Shown here piece after piece: positions 19,987 through 30,185 of a stretch of 64,000 bases of DNA. Position 1 is the first letter of the stretch, and each line of letters begins with the position of its first letter. Where the stretch lies: assembly GCA_963803435.1 (NCBI GenBank), contig CAWDML010000005.1:64001-128000 (forward strand). The letters are read 5' to 3'. The notes beneath the pieces are model-generated. The model was given only the letters and a program-made list of their open reading frames with translations, made no database searches and was not told where the DNA came from. Source of the stretch: an uncultured delta proteobacterium (GTDB lineage: Bacteria > Myxococcota > Kuafuiibacteriia > Kuafuiibacteriales > Kuafuiibacteriaceae). The translations under genes and the position numbers were made by a program.

Positions 19987-20921
19987 CGGGCGAGGGTCCT
20001 CATGCTCAGACGGCGGGCCAGAAAGGAGGCGATCAGCTGACCGGGCGAGCCGTCCGTGCGCCCCAGGTCGTACTCGACCCGCGAGGCGCGGCAGGTGTTC
20101 TCGGCACGCTCGCAGAAGCGCGCGACCTCCTCGAGGTAGGCGTCACGAATCGCGCGGGCATCGATGTGGATCCTACGATCATCCTCCATCGACTCGAAGA
20201 GCGTGCTGTCCTCGAAGGGGAAGTCGAGCTCGTCGCGGTCGAGGATGTGGAAGAGGACGACGTCGTGCTTGCGGGCGCGGAGGCGCGCCATCGCGGCCAG
20301 GGCCTCCAGACCGCCGTCGAGGAGATCGGAGAAGACGACCACGATCGAACGCCGCACCAGCCCCTCGGAGAGCGAGTCGAGCGCGGCCAGCAAGTTCGAG
20401 GGTCCCTTCGCCTCCAGGCCCTCGAGCACGGCCAGGATCTCCTGGAGGTGGCCGCGGCGCGCGCGCGAAGGGACGCGGATCTCGAGCTTGCTCGAGAACG
20501 TGGCGACCCCGGGCGCGTCGCCCTGTCGCGCCAGCACGTACGCGATGGCGCCGGCGCAGGTGGTGGCATAGGCGAGCTTGCTCAGGCGTCCGCTCGCCTC
20601 CGGATAGGCCATCGAGCCCGACTGATCGACCAGGAGCAGCGCGCGCAGGTTCGACTCGTCCTCGAAGCGCTTGATGTAGTCGCGATCGAAGCGGGCGTAG
20701 GCGCGCCAGTCCAGGTGACGGATGTTGTCGCCGGGCGAGTACTCCTTGTGCTCCGCGAACTCGACGCTGGTCCCGTGATGGCGGGAGCGGTGCATGCCGG
20801 CGAGCGCGCTGTCGGCGACGATCCGCGCGCGCAGGGCGAGGCTTCCGATGTCCGCGAGGAGATGCGGATCGAGCTCTAGGCTCCCGCGCTTCTCGAGCTC
20901 GCGGTCCGGGAGCTCGCTCAT
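19983..20921 (-). CDS. DUF58 domain protein (MoxR-associated vWA-like)
   Basis: GMHRSRHHGTSVEFAEHKEYSPGDNIRHLDWRAYAR, DQSGSM, VVFSDLLD. Confidence 0.9.
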   Translation of the reverse strand: MSELPDRELEKRGSLELDPHLLADIGSLALRARIVADSALAGMHRSRHHGTSVEFAEHKEYSPGDNIRHLDWRAYARFDRDYIKRFEDESNLRALLLVDQSGSMAYPEASGRLSKLAYATTCAGAIAYVLARQGDAPGVATFSSKLEIRVPSRARRGHLQEILAVLEGLEAKGPSNLLAALDSLSEGLVRRSIVVVFSDLLDGGLEALAAMARLRARKHDVVLFHILDRDELDFPFEDSTLFESMEDDRRIHIDARAIRDAYLEEVARFCERAENTCRASRVEYDLGRTDGSPGQLIASFLARRLSMRTLAR

Positions 20922-20925
20922 CGGT

Positions 20926-21960
<1,035 letters not shown>

Positions 21961-21969
21961 GGTCCTCGC

Positions 21970-23814
21970 TCAGCTGCCGGTGGCGGGTCCGGTCGTGATG
22001 GTCTGAGCACTACCATCCTCCGGCGCTTCGTTCACCACGATCACGTGGATCGACGAGGGGCCGTCGGGAGGCACCAGCATCAGCTCGAAGCGGCCGGGAT
22101 CGATGCCGAGGGGACCGGTGGGCGTGACCATCCCCGTGGGAACGTACGAGCCGGCGCCCTCCTTCCGGAGGAAGGCGCGGGAGAATGGGCGGCCCTCGAT
22201 CTGGATCAGGCCGCCCCGCCCGAGCGAAGGTTTCTCGTTGCGCACCTCGCCCTGCAGCAGCTGGAGCGCATAGGTCGCGTCCGCCCGCTCCTTCTCGTCG
22301 CCCTCCGACGTGAGCATCTCCAGGCGAAGCTGGTGGATGCGCGGATCGAACGGGTTGATGTCGATCGCGCGGGCGAGCTGCTCCTTGGCCTCGTCGAACT
22401 TCCTCCGCTGGACCAGGATCTGCGCCAGCGTCACCGCCGGGCCCGCGAGATCTTGGCGCCCCTCGAGCGCGTGGCGGGCGGCGCTCTCCGCGGAGTCGAG
22501 ATCGCCGGTGGCGAGGGCGACCATCGCGAGCTTGGCCGAGATGAGCGGCGACTGGGTCTCGGTCAGCGCCTTCTCCAGCTCCTTCTGTGCCGCCACCATC
22601 CGGCCGCGCGCGAACAGGAGGTCGGCGGCACGCGCATAGCGCCGGCCCTTCTTCGAGAGACCGTGCAGCTTGTCGTCCGGCTCGTCGGCTCGCTCCTTCA
22701 GCACCAGCTTGGTGTCGCTGGTAGTGCTCGCGCGCTTGATCGGACGCGTCAGGAGTGACTTCTTCCACTTGGCCTCGAGCGTGTCGAGCGACTCCCCGTA
22801 GACCTCCTCGATCGCCTGCGCATCGGTGAGCCCGCGCGACATCGACTTGAGGAGCTGGCGGATGCCCGGCCAACCCTTCTTGCCCACCAGGTACTCGATG
22901 AACGTGAACACCTCGGAGAACGCCAGGCTGGTGTCCTCGTGAGTCGGAAGCTTGGCCATCGACGGATGCATCTTCTCGAACGGGATCAGCCGCTTCTTTT
23001 GTGCGGCCACCTTGAGCTTCTCCTGCTGCTCGACCGAGATCCCCAGCCCGGGCTCGGCGCGCCACGAGGTCTCGACGTACTTGGCGATCCCCTCGTGCAG
23101 CCAGATCGGAACCGTGTTCTTCGAGGCGCCGCCGATGATCAGGTGCGCGAGCTCGTGCGCGAGCGTGTCACGCCACGAGTAGCCGAACACCACCGCGCGC
23201 GGTGTCGTGATCATGAGGCGGTTCCAGCGGCACAGAGCGATCGTGCCGGAGTTCTCGATCTCCTCCTTGGTCAGCGAGGAGACCGCCGAGAGTGTCGCCG
23301 GCGTGGGATAGATCTCGACGGCGATCCGGGTGTCCGGCTTCCAGCCCAAAAGATCGCCGATCCGATCCCGCGCCAGATCGAGCGTCTCGATCGCGTGCGG
23401 CACCAGGATGGCGTCACGACCGGGCGTGTAGCGGAGCAGGAAATGCTCGCCCACGTGCTCGGCGTAGCCGTCGGTGGCGACGCGCGCGGCCTCGGCCAGA
23501 GACTTGTCGGAGAGCAGCTCGGTCGGCGCACCGGCGTGCTCGGCGCGGTTGAAGTAGTCGACCGCCCCCGCGTAGTCCGACATGTGCATCTTCACCTCGG
23601 CGATCAACGCCAGGGTCAGTGGATCGTCCGGATCGTCGCGATACAGCTCCTCGGCCTGTTTCCGCGCCTCGTCGATCTGCCAGGCCTGAACCGCCCGCAG
23701 TCCGTCGATCCCCCGCCGCGCTTTCGCCAGATCGTCGGGATCGTGCTGCGCAAACGCCGCGGTCGACCACACCATGGCCATCAGACACGCGATCGAAAGC
23801 TTGGCCCGAGTCAC
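21970..23814 (-). CDS. Exported TPR protein with a peptidase MA-like zinc metallopeptidase domain
   Basis: Signal peptide, HELAH plus PIWLHEGIA gluzincin motif, TPR-like helices on both sides. Confidence 0.85.
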   Translation of the reverse strand: MTRAKLSIACLMAMVWSTAAFAQHDPDDLAKARRGIDGLRAVQAWQIDEARKQAEELYRDDPDDPLTLALIAEVKMHMSDYAGAVDYFNRAEHAGAPTELLSDKSLAEAARVATDGYAEHVGEHFLLRYTPGRDAILVPHAIETLDLARDRIGDLLGWKPDTRIAVEIYPTPATLSAVSSLTKEEIENSGTIALCRWNRLMITTPRAVVFGYSWRDTLAHELAHLIIGGASKNTVPIWLHEGIAKYVETSWRAEPGLGISVEQQEKLKVAAQKKRLIPFEKMHPSMAKLPTHEDTSLAFSEVFTFIEYLVGKKGWPGIRQLLKSMSRGLTDAQAIEEVYGESLDTLEAKWKKSLLTRPIKRASTTSDTKLVLKERADEPDDKLHGLSKKGRRYARAADLLFARGRMVAAQKELEKALTETQSPLISAKLAMVALATGDLDSAESAARHALEGRQDLAGPAVTLAQILVQRRKFDEAKEQLARAIDINPFDPRIHQLRLEMLTSEGDEKERADATYALQLLQGEVRNEKPSLGRGGLIQIEGRPFSRAFLRKEGAGSYVPTGMVTPTGPLGIDPGRFELMLVPPDGPSSIHVIVVNEAPEDGSAQTITTGPATGS

Positions 23815-26800
23815 TTGACGAGCTCCTCGTAGTAGCGGCGCACGGCGTCTCGGTACTGCTCGACGGTCCCCTGCTTGGCCGCCTCCAGGATGTCCTCGCG
23901 GAACTCGGCGGGCGCCTTGTACTGATCCGGCTGCGGGATCTCCACCTTCTGGAGCGGATCGTTGTTGCCCGTGTTGCCCTCCCTCTCTCCTGAGCTCTGG
24001 GGCTGTCCGAACGGCAGCGGGACGCGGTTGCTCTGACTGCCCCCCTGGCCTCCTTGATCACCCATCTTCTCGAGCTCCTGCTTGAGCCGTTGGAGCGCGT
24101 CGAGGGCGCGGCGCTCCTGGTTGAGCGCGGAGGGTGCGTCGCCGCCGCCGAGGCTCTGCTCGGCCTCGCCCATCGCCTGGCCGGTCTCGTCGACCATCCC
24201 CTTCGTCTCGGGTCCGACGATCGGGAGCTGCTGTCCCAGGCGTTCCAGATCCTCCCCGAGCTTCTGGGCGTGGTCCTGTAGATCCTTCTGCCGCTTCTGG
24301 TACTGGCCGAGCTTCTGCTTCTCCGCTTCCGACATCAGCGTGTCGGGCGGCGGCATGAGCTTCTCGATGTCCTCCAGGACCTGCTCCACGATCGGTCGCG
24401 ACTTGCGCAGCTCCTTCTCCATGCGTTCGGAGCTCTTCCCTACGCCGAAGAAGTCGCCGAACCGCCGCGAGTGATCCATGCGCCGCCGCGCCTCCTGCTC
24501 GAGGTGGTTCATCTGCTGATCGGCGCGCTCCAGGACCTCCCGGGCGGCACCGAAGTCACGGGCCGAGAGCGCCCGCTTGCCGTCCTCGAGCCGGGCCTCG
24601 GCCATCTCGAACTCCTCTGAGTCGGGCATGCTGCGGTCGGGCCGCACCTTCTCCATCGACGCTTGCGCCTGCTCCAGCCGCTTCACCTGCTTCTCGACGA
24701 AGCTCTTCGGATCGCCGAGCCGATCCTTCATTCGATCGAGGACGTCCTTCGACATCTTCTCCGTCTTTTGCGCCAGGTCGCGCTGATCGCGCTCGAGCTG
24801 CTCGAGGTTGTCCCAGAGCTGCTGCGCCTGCTCGGTGATCTCGCTGTACTCGCGGCTGCCCAGCTCCTGGCGGCCGTTCTGGAGCGCAGACAGCATCTGT
24901 TCGGTCTGGGAGAGCATCTTGTCGAGCGCCTGCATTGCGCTCTCGAGATCGCCCTCCTCGAGCATGCGCTGGACCTCGTCCATCTCCTTCTGGGAGCTCT
25001 TCATCTCCAGCGCGTCGGAGTTCACGAAGTCCTGCGGGATCTGACCGGAGAGCTTCGCCATCTCGCGCATGATCTCGTCGATGCGGCGGCGGATCTCCTT
25101 GATCGCCTCGGCCAGCACGCGCCGCTTCTCGTCGGTGGGCGCGCTCTTGTACTCGTCGAGGGCCTGCTTGAGCGCCTGCTGCTGCTCGCGCAGCTCCTTG
25201 GCCAGCTGCTCGGCGTCGATCAGTCGCTGATCGTTGAGGAGGTCCGCCAGGTAGACGACGTTCTTCTCCAGCGAGCTCACCATCTTGTCCTGGGACTGGC
25301 TCACCGAGCGGGAGCGGCCGTCCAGCGGGCGGCGGGTTCGTTCCAGTACCCGCGCGGCGCCCAGGTGGGCGTTGCGCATGCGGCGCGCGTCGGTGCGAAG
25401 CGAGATGCGGGCGTGCTCGAAGGCGTCGGCCACCTGCGGGCGTCCCAGCGGATCCTTCTTGATGGCCGCGACGGTCTTCTTGAGGAGATCGTCCGCGTTG
25501 AGCGCGCGGTCGACGATGCCCTTGACCGCCTCGAGCATCTTCTGGTGGCGCTCGATCTCCGCGTTGACGTCGAACGCCCGCTCGAGATTGTCGCCGAGGA
25601 TGTGGACCAGCTCGTCCAGCGCCTGCTCCTGGAGCGCGAGCACCTGCTCGTGGTGCGCTTTCTTGGAGTAGATGCGGAGCTCCTTGGTTTCGCTGGCGCC
25701 GATCTTCGGGCCGTTGACGGTGTCGTTGTCGCGGGCCTCGATGCTGTACGCGACCCGGTCGCCCGGCTTGAGGGCGAGCGAGGCCAGATCCATCTGAGCG
25801 CCGCCGGTGTAGCGGTCGAGGCCGGTGGCCGCCGAGGTCAGCCGCACGTGGCCCTCGCGCGCGGAGCCGAGGACGCGCCAGGCCACCGCGATCTCGCCCA
25901 GCGCGAAGTCGTCCTTCGCGGAGAAGAACAGCTGGACTCGATCGTTCTCGTTGACCTCGAGCGGGCTCTCCTTGGGCTCGAGCATCGTGACCTCGGGCGG
26001 GTCGTCGAGCTCGAGCTCGATCTCGTGGCCGCGACGCTCCCGCATCAGCTCGCCGTCCAGGCCGGTGATCTCGAAGCGATAGCGGCCGCTCCGCGAGAGG
26101 ACAAACGTGGCGGTGAGGCGCCGGCCGCTGACCTCGACCCCGATCTTGGTGGGCTCGGTCTGGGCGTCGTCGCCGTTCGAGACCAGGAGCGTGCCGCGGG
26201 CGATCTCGTGGCGCGCGCTGGTCTCGATCACGACTTCAGTTCCGGGGAGCGCGCGGATCGCGCCGTTGGCGCTGGTGATCGTGCGCGGGGGCCGCTCGCT
26301 GTACGCGGGCGAGCGGTACGTGATGCGGATGTCGCCGAGGCGCGGATCGGGCGGAACGCGCTCGAGGGCCTCGTCGATGCGATCCATCGAGGTGATCGAG
26401 AGGAGCGCGGTCTCGAGATACTCGGGCGCGAGCATCGCCACCAACACGGCGACGCCGGCGGCGCCGAGCGCAGTACCGAGACGGCGGTTGAGCGAGCGCT
26501 TGGTCTCGGTCCGGACGACCTGGGCCGCGCCGATCGCCTCGATCTCGGTCCGCGTCTGCTCGACGGCCGCCTCGCCGAGCGCCGCGCTCTCTCCGTACCG
26601 CCCCCCATCGCGGACAATCTCGACGGCGGACAGCAGGCTTGCGTGGGGCCTGGCCGCGTCGTCGAGGGCGCGGTCTAGCCACTGGGCGACCGACTCGTCC
26701 CGCGCGAGGCCGCCGCCGAGCAGGCGTCCATACCGTAACAACGCGAACGAGATCGCGCCGGCCAGCACCGCGATCTCGACGCTCGCCACCACCAGATCGG

Positions 26801-26969
26801 AGAGGCGGAGAAAGGCCGCCAGCGCACCGATGAGCAGCGCGCCGACCAGGCCGCTGGTGAGGACGAGGAACCCTTCGGCGAAGGCCGCCCGTCGAAGCCG
26901 TCTCCGGGCGTCCCCGAGGAGCCGCTGAAGAGATGCGCCGGCGGTCTCGGCGGACATATTGGGAGACAT
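23811..26969 (-). CDS. DUF4175-like membrane protein with long coiled coil
   Basis: N-terminal TMs, Ig-like DDPPEV/AKDDFAL/EARDND region, Gln/Glu-rich coiled coil, C-terminal YRDAVRRYYEELVK. Confidence 0.8.
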   Translation of the reverse strand: MSPNMSAETAGASLQRLLGDARRRLRRAAFAEGFLVLTSGLVGALLIGALAAFLRLSDLVVASVEIAVLAGAISFALLRYGRLLGGGLARDESVAQWLDRALDDAARPHASLLSAVEIVRDGGRYGESAALGEAAVEQTRTEIEAIGAAQVVRTETKRSLNRRLGTALGAAGVAVLVAMLAPEYLETALLSITSMDRIDEALERVPPDPRLGDIRITYRSPAYSERPPRTITSANGAIRALPGTEVVIETSARHEIARGTLLVSNGDDAQTEPTKIGVEVSGRRLTATFVLSRSGRYRFEITGLDGELMRERRGHEIELELDDPPEVTMLEPKESPLEVNENDRVQLFFSAKDDFALGEIAVAWRVLGSAREGHVRLTSAATGLDRYTGGAQMDLASLALKPGDRVAYSIEARDNDTVNGPKIGASETKELRIYSKKAHHEQVLALQEQALDELVHILGDNLERAFDVNAEIERHQKMLEAVKGIVDRALNADDLLKKTVAAIKKDPLGRPQVADAFEHARISLRTDARRMRNAHLGAARVLERTRRPLDGRSRSVSQSQDKMVSSLEKNVVYLADLLNDQRLIDAEQLAKELREQQQALKQALDEYKSAPTDEKRRVLAEAIKEIRRRIDEIMREMAKLSGQIPQDFVNSDALEMKSSQKEMDEVQRMLEEGDLESAMQALDKMLSQTEQMLSALQNGRQELGSREYSEITEQAQQLWDNLEQLERDQRDLAQKTEKMSKDVLDRMKDRLGDPKSFVEKQVKRLEQAQASMEKVRPDRSMPDSEEFEMAEARLEDGKRALSARDFGAAREVLERADQQMNHLEQEARRRMDHSRRFGDFFGVGKSSERMEKELRKSRPIVEQVLEDIEKLMPPPDTLMSEAEKQKLGQYQKRQKDLQDHAQKLGEDLERLGQQLPIVGPETKGMVDETGQAMGEAEQSLGGGDAPSALNQERRALDALQRLKQELEKMGDQGGQGGSQSNRVPLPFGQPQSSGEREGNTGNNDPLQKVEIPQPDQYKAPAEFREDILEAAKQGTVEQYRDAVRRYYEELVK

Positions 26970-27131
26970 TACCACGCGGTACGGGACAAACGGACGAGCG
27001 CGTGGCACCCTTCCAAGACCGGACGAATCGGTCGAGGAAGCGTTGAAACCCTCAGATGAGGGCCGTCACCGCGGCGTCGAATGAATCGTCCGAGCGGCGG
27101 GTCCGTCCTACCCCCTGTGAAGCCTGAGGCC

Positions 27132-27776
27132 ATGGCGTCGAAGAAAGAGGCCCGTGAGGCGGAGGCGACCGAGGACCGCGAGCTGGTCGAGAAGGCCAGA
27201 ACCGGGGACCGCCGCGCCTTCGGAAAGCTGGTCGAGAAGTATCAGCGACGGGTGTATTCGCTGGCGTTCGGCATCCTCCGCCAGCGGGAGGACGCCTGGG
27301 ACGTCGCGCAAGAAGCGTTCGTGAAGGCGTACAAGAAGCTCGATCGCTTCGAGGGGAGCGCCGCGTTCTATACCTGGCTCTACCGGATCACCTACAACCT
27401 CAGCATCGATACGCTCCGCGAGAAGTCTCGGCGTGAGACGGTCGACCTCGACGAGAGCCGGCGGTTGGAAGAAGCGCTGGAAGGCGAGCACCTCCCGCAC
27501 GAGCACCCCGACCAGATGGCGCAGCGCAAGGAGCTCCACCGTGTGCTCCAGGAGGCGATGAGCCGCCTGACCGACAAGCACCGGGCGATCATCGTGCTCC
27601 GGGAGGTCGAGGGCCTGAGCTACGAGGAGATGGCGGACGTGCTCGGCATCTCGAAGGGCACGGTCATGAGCCGCCTCTTCCACGCGCGCCAGAACCTCCA
27701 GAACCTGTTGCAACCGTACGTGAAGCGGGGCGAGGACGTCCCGCAGAGCCTCAAGCTCGCCGTGCAAGGAGTTTGA
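27132..27776 (+). CDS. ECF sigma factor (RpoE-like)
   Basis: DRELVEKA..GDRRAFGKLV.KYQ, DVAQEAFVKAY, FYTWLYRI, LREVEGLSYEEMADVLGISKGTVMSRLFHAR. Confidence 0.95.
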   Translation: MASKKEAREAEATEDRELVEKARTGDRRAFGKLVEKYQRRVYSLAFGILRQREDAWDVAQEAFVKAYKKLDRFEGSAAFYTWLYRITYNLSIDTLREKSRRETVDLDESRRLEEALEGEHLPHEHPDQMAQRKELHRVLQEAMSRLTDKHRAIIVLREVEGLSYEEMADVLGISKGTVMSRLFHARQNLQNLLQPYVKRGEDVPQSLKLAVQGV

Positions 27777-28315
27777 CCGTGGTCGATCGTGAAAGAGACG
27801 AGCTGACGGTCGCCGAGCTCCTCACGGAGGCGACGGAAGAAGAGATCGCGCGGCGCGACGGCGAGTGGGACGCGTTCACCTGTTCGGTGTTTCGCAGGCT
27901 CGACGCGGAGGCGGTCGCGCATCAGCGCGCCGACCTGGAGGCGCAGGCGATCGCGCTGTTCAAGCAGGAGATCGACCTCGAGCTCTCCGAGCTCTCGCCC
28001 GGCTTCGAGGAGGCCTTCAAGGAGAGCGTCGAGAAGCGCATCTTCCAGTCGGCGATCGTGCCCAGCTGGACGCATCGGCTGAGCGCGTGGTTCGAGCGCG
28101 CCCGCGGCGACGGCTTCGGTCTCGGCTGGGCGGGTGCAGCGGCGGCCGTGGTGCTGCTGGTCTTCGCGGCCGGCACCATGCAGACGGGCACCCAGATCGA
28201 CGACACGCTGATGGACGGACACGTGGCGGTCCAGGAGATCAGCTTCGAAGGCGACGTCACCGTCCTCCCCGACGACGGCGTGACGATCATTTGGCTCGAC
28301 GGATCCGCGACCTGA
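27773..28315 (+). CDS. Putative membrane-bound anti-sigma factor
   Basis: TTGA overlap with the sigma stop, single TM (AAAAVVLLVF), short C-terminal domain ending VTIIWL. Confidence 0.7.
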   Translation: MTVVDRERDELTVAELLTEATEEEIARRDGEWDAFTCSVFRRLDAEAVAHQRADLEAQAIALFKQEIDLELSELSPGFEEAFKESVEKRIFQSAIVPSWTHRLSAWFERARGDGFGLGWAGAAAAVVLLVFAAGTMQTGTQIDDTLMDGHVAVQEISFEGDVTVLPDDGVTIIWLDGSAT

Positions 28316-28329
28316 AGTTAGGAAGGGCC

Positions 28330-28782
28330 ATGGCCCGAGCGCTCTCATCTCTCCTCGCTCTTGCGGTGGCGCTCGGTTTTTCGCCCCGGGCGGAGGCCGG
28401 CCCGCCCGCGGTCAAGGTGACGATCCTGGTGATCGAGGCGACGCGCAAGAGCGGCGCGTTCGACCCGCGGATCGCCAAGCTCAAGGCCAAGATCGAGCAG
28501 GCCGGCTACAAGAGCGCTCAGGTGCTCGACGAGCTGTCCCACCACGAGATCGAGGTCGGGTCGCGGGTCTCGCTCCAGATGCCTTCGAAGAAGCAGACGC
28601 TGAGCGTGAAGGTCCTCGAGGTGACGAAGGATCAGCGGATCAAGCTGCAGGTGGCCATCGAGGGGATGAAGTTCGAGACCACCACCACGCACACGAACGG
28701 TGGGATCCTGCTGGTGGTCATTCCTCAGAAGGACGCACAGAAGGCGATGATGCTGGGCGTGACGCCGACGCTGGTTCCGTAG
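28330..28782 (+). CDS. Secreted hypothetical protein, third gene of the ECF operon
   Basis: AGGAAGG RBS, signal peptide ending AEA, beta-rich body. Confidence 0.7.
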   Translation: MARALSSLLALAVALGFSPRAEAGPPAVKVTILVIEATRKSGAFDPRIAKLKAKIEQAGYKSAQVLDELSHHEIEVGSRVSLQMPSKKQTLSVKVLEVTKDQRIKLQVAIEGMKFETTTTHTNGGILLVVIPQKDAQKAMMLGVTPTLVP

Positions 28783-28883
28783 CTGGGCGCCCCCACCGGT
28801 GATGGCCCGCTAGGAGCGTGTAGCGCGTAGCGCTACCGCGAGCCCGGTCCGGGTCCCGGTCCCGGTCCCGGTCCCGATGGCGA

Positions 28884-29252
28884 TCATGCAGCCCGGCGTG
28901 CGTTCATCGACTTGATGAGGCGCGTGAGCATCTCGACAACGCGCTTGAGCTTGGCTCTGGCGGCTTGGACCTTCTGCTCGTTGGTGAGTCGGCGCCTCAA
29001 GCAGGTGTGGAGTGAGGCGGCGCTTTCGGTGCCAGAGCGAAGTGCCATCCGGTAGAAGCGAGCCTTCTCAGGTGGATTGAACTCTCCGGCGCCCTCGGCG
29101 GTGTTGTTCACGATGGAATCGGATGCCCGCCGAAGCTGATCGCGGACGTGAGCGTGACCGGGTTGCAGTTCTTGTGCGATCTCTTCAGCGATGTCGGCCT
29201 ACTCGACGGCGAGCTGGTAGACCTCGAGCTTCTCGTGATCGAAAGTGACCAT
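28884..29252 (-). pseudogene. Four-helix-bundle protein (23S rRNA IVS protein / bAvd-like) with in-frame TAG at codon 18
   Basis: MVTFDHEKLEVYQLAVE*ADIAEEIA...VRDQLRRASDSIVNNTAEGAG...KARFYRMALRSGTESAA...MLTRLIK. 122 codons, otherwise uninterrupted; TAG at 29199-29201. Confidence 0.85.
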
Positions 29253-29371
29253 GCAAGCTAGCTTGCGGTAGCTCGTCCACTTTGACCAGCAGAAGTTCTT
29301 GGAGGTCGTTTCGTCTGGAATCGATCGTTGGGCGGATCGACTTCGACGCCTGGACTTGATCCCATGGTTTC

Positions 29372-30099
29372 GTGGCGAAGCAATACCGTTCTTGGACTCC
29401 GAGACAATCGTTCTTGCTCCCGCCGTCCCCTCTCGAGTGGCTCCCAGAAAATCATCTCGCGTACTTCGTCTTGGACGTCGTCGATGAGGTAGAGCTGAGC
29501 GCGATCGATCCCCAGACCCAACTGAACGAAATGATGGATGGCCGCATCATCGCGTTCCTGCAAATCCAGGCCTACAATGCCCAAGTTGTCGTAGATGAGC
29601 ACGCTCAGGTGATTGTCGCCGAAGGGGTCAGCAACCAGGAACCTGATCAGCAACACCTCGTCCCGATGCTCCATGATGTGTTCGGCAACTGCGGCGATGC
29701 TCCGCGGAAGATGACGGCAGACAACGGCTATCTGAGCGCGACCAACATCGAATTCTGCGACAACAATCAGATCGATGCCCACATCGCTGTTGGACGCGAA
29801 CAGAACCAAGACGCGTCGACTCCGTCCTCATCAGCTTCGGAGCTTCGGAGCCCACACCTGCCTCGCTCGCTCGCAAGCGAATGCGAGACAAGTTGCAAAC
29901 GCGCGACGGCAAGGCGGTCTACGCCCGCAGGAAGAGTATCGTCGAACCGGCGCTCGGACAGATCAAAGGGGCACGAGGATTCCGCCGGTTCTCGCTACGC
30001 TCCTTCTTCAAGGTACGAGCCGAGTGGACGCTCGTCTGCCTCACCCACAACCTGCTCAAGCTCTACCGATCGAAGCTCGCGACCATCGTGAGCGTCTGA
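29372..30099 (+). pseudogene. IS1182-family transposase, internally deleted and frameshifted
   Basis: N-terminus QSFLLPPSPLEWLPENHLAYF jumps after ~45 aa to QAYNAQVVVD, ADNGYLS and, in another frame, YARRKSIVEPALGQIK...HNLLKL. Confidence 0.9.
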
Positions 30100-30185
30100 C
30101 TCAAGGCAGCCATCTTCAGATCGGGACCCGGACCGGGACCGGGACCCGGACCGGGGTCACGTGAGCGCTTACGCGCTACACGCTC

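Noticed and set aside
28845-28876. (GGTCCC)n arrays as a CRISPR array
   Set aside because: These are tandem hexamers with no unique spacers and no cas genes; they are part of the element's TIRs.
28884-29252. bAvd-like gene as evidence of a diversity-generating retroelement
   Set aside because: No reverse transcriptase and no TR/VR pair with adenine-specific mismatches was seen in the window.
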